DNA of 64,000 nt from Lama guanicoe (taxonomy: Eukaryota): contig MU053561.1 of assembly GCA_013239625.1 (NCBI GenBank), forward strand, positions 3,178,283 through 3,242,282. The letters run 5' to 3'. This document shows, piece by piece, positions 63,290-64,000 of the stretch; positions within the stretch are counted from its first letter, which is position 1; the number at the start of each line of letters is the position of its first letter. Both the position numbers and the translations under genes were made by a program. Below the pieces are notes generated by a model that did no database searches, was not told the DNA's origin, and saw only the letters and a program-made list of their open reading frames with translations.

Positions 63290-64000
63290 AATAAAAAATA
63301 AAAAAAAAAAATGGCCAAAGGATCTGAATAGACATTCCTCTTAAGGAGATATATAAATGATCAGCAAAGCACATGAAAAGGTGCTTGGTGTCATTAGTCA
63401 TCAGGGGAATGAAAAGCAAAATCATGATGATGTATTACTTGGCACCCACTAGGTTGGCTATAATGAAAAAGACAGATAATAAGAAGTGTTACAGAGGAAA
63501 TGGAGAAATTGAAGCTTGTCTACTGCTGAGGGGAATGCAAAATGGTGCTGTCACTTTGGAAAACAATCTGGCAGTTCTTCAAAAGGTTAAACATAGTTAC
63601 TGTATGATCCAGCAATTCCACTCCTAGGTATACAACCAAGAGAAATGGAAACATGTGTCCATACAAAAGTCTGTACATGAGTGTTCATAGCAGCTTTATT
63701 CATAATGGTTAAAAAGTGGAAACAATCCAAATGTTGATCAACTGATGAATGAATAAATAAAATGTGGCATATTCATACAATGGGAGTTTAATCAGTAATA
63801 AAAAGGAATGAAGTATTGACAGATGGTGCAACATAGATAAACCTTGAAAATATGATGCTAAGTGAAAGAAGGCAGTCAAAAGGGCCACAAATTGTACGGT
63901 TCTATTTATATGAAATGTCCAGAACAGGTAAATCTATGGAGGCAGAAAGTAGATTGTTAGCTGTCTCAGGCTAAGGGAGTTGAAAAGAAATGGGGAGTGG
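63290..64000 (+). mobile_element. L1MB-like 3' end
   Basis: ORF 63373-63627 is a degenerate L1 ORF2 C-terminus (MKRCLVSLVIRGMKSK), followed by 3'UTR motifs. Confidence 0.85.

Noticed and set aside
1..64000. Prokaryote-type systems (CRISPR arrays, operons, defence islands) or a new multi-gene system
   Set aside because: The sequence is mammalian repeat-rich non-coding DNA with no regularly spaced repeat array and no long ORFs

Overview
This is mammalian genomic DNA, very probably camelid (camel/alpaca/llama), judged from six tRNA-Ala-derived SINEs of the vic-1 type and the associated L1 3' tails. The window looks intergenic or deep-intronic and is dominated by interspersed repeats: old and young L1 fragments, L2, L3/CR1, MIR, MaLR/ERV LTRs and hAT DNA-transposon fossils. 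I recognise no protein-coding gene; the ORF track is explained by L1 ORF2 debris, low-complexity DNA or chance. The best leads are: (1) a CpG-rich, apparently young 596-bp betaretrovirus-like solo LTR with a perfect 6-bp TSD (41399-41994); (2) a MER41-like LTR keeping a STAT GAS motif, nested in MER21 inside L1; (3) a 154-bp, 98%-identical non-tandem duplication 2 kb apart; (4) an E-box/HRE cluster at 39.4-39.8 kb next to candidate minus-strand exons of an unidentified spliced transcript; (5) a compound SINE+L1 insertion. I cannot support a claim of a new biological system. Repeat family names come from recalled consensus sequences and boundaries without TSDs are approximate; RepeatMasker/Dfam should confirm them.
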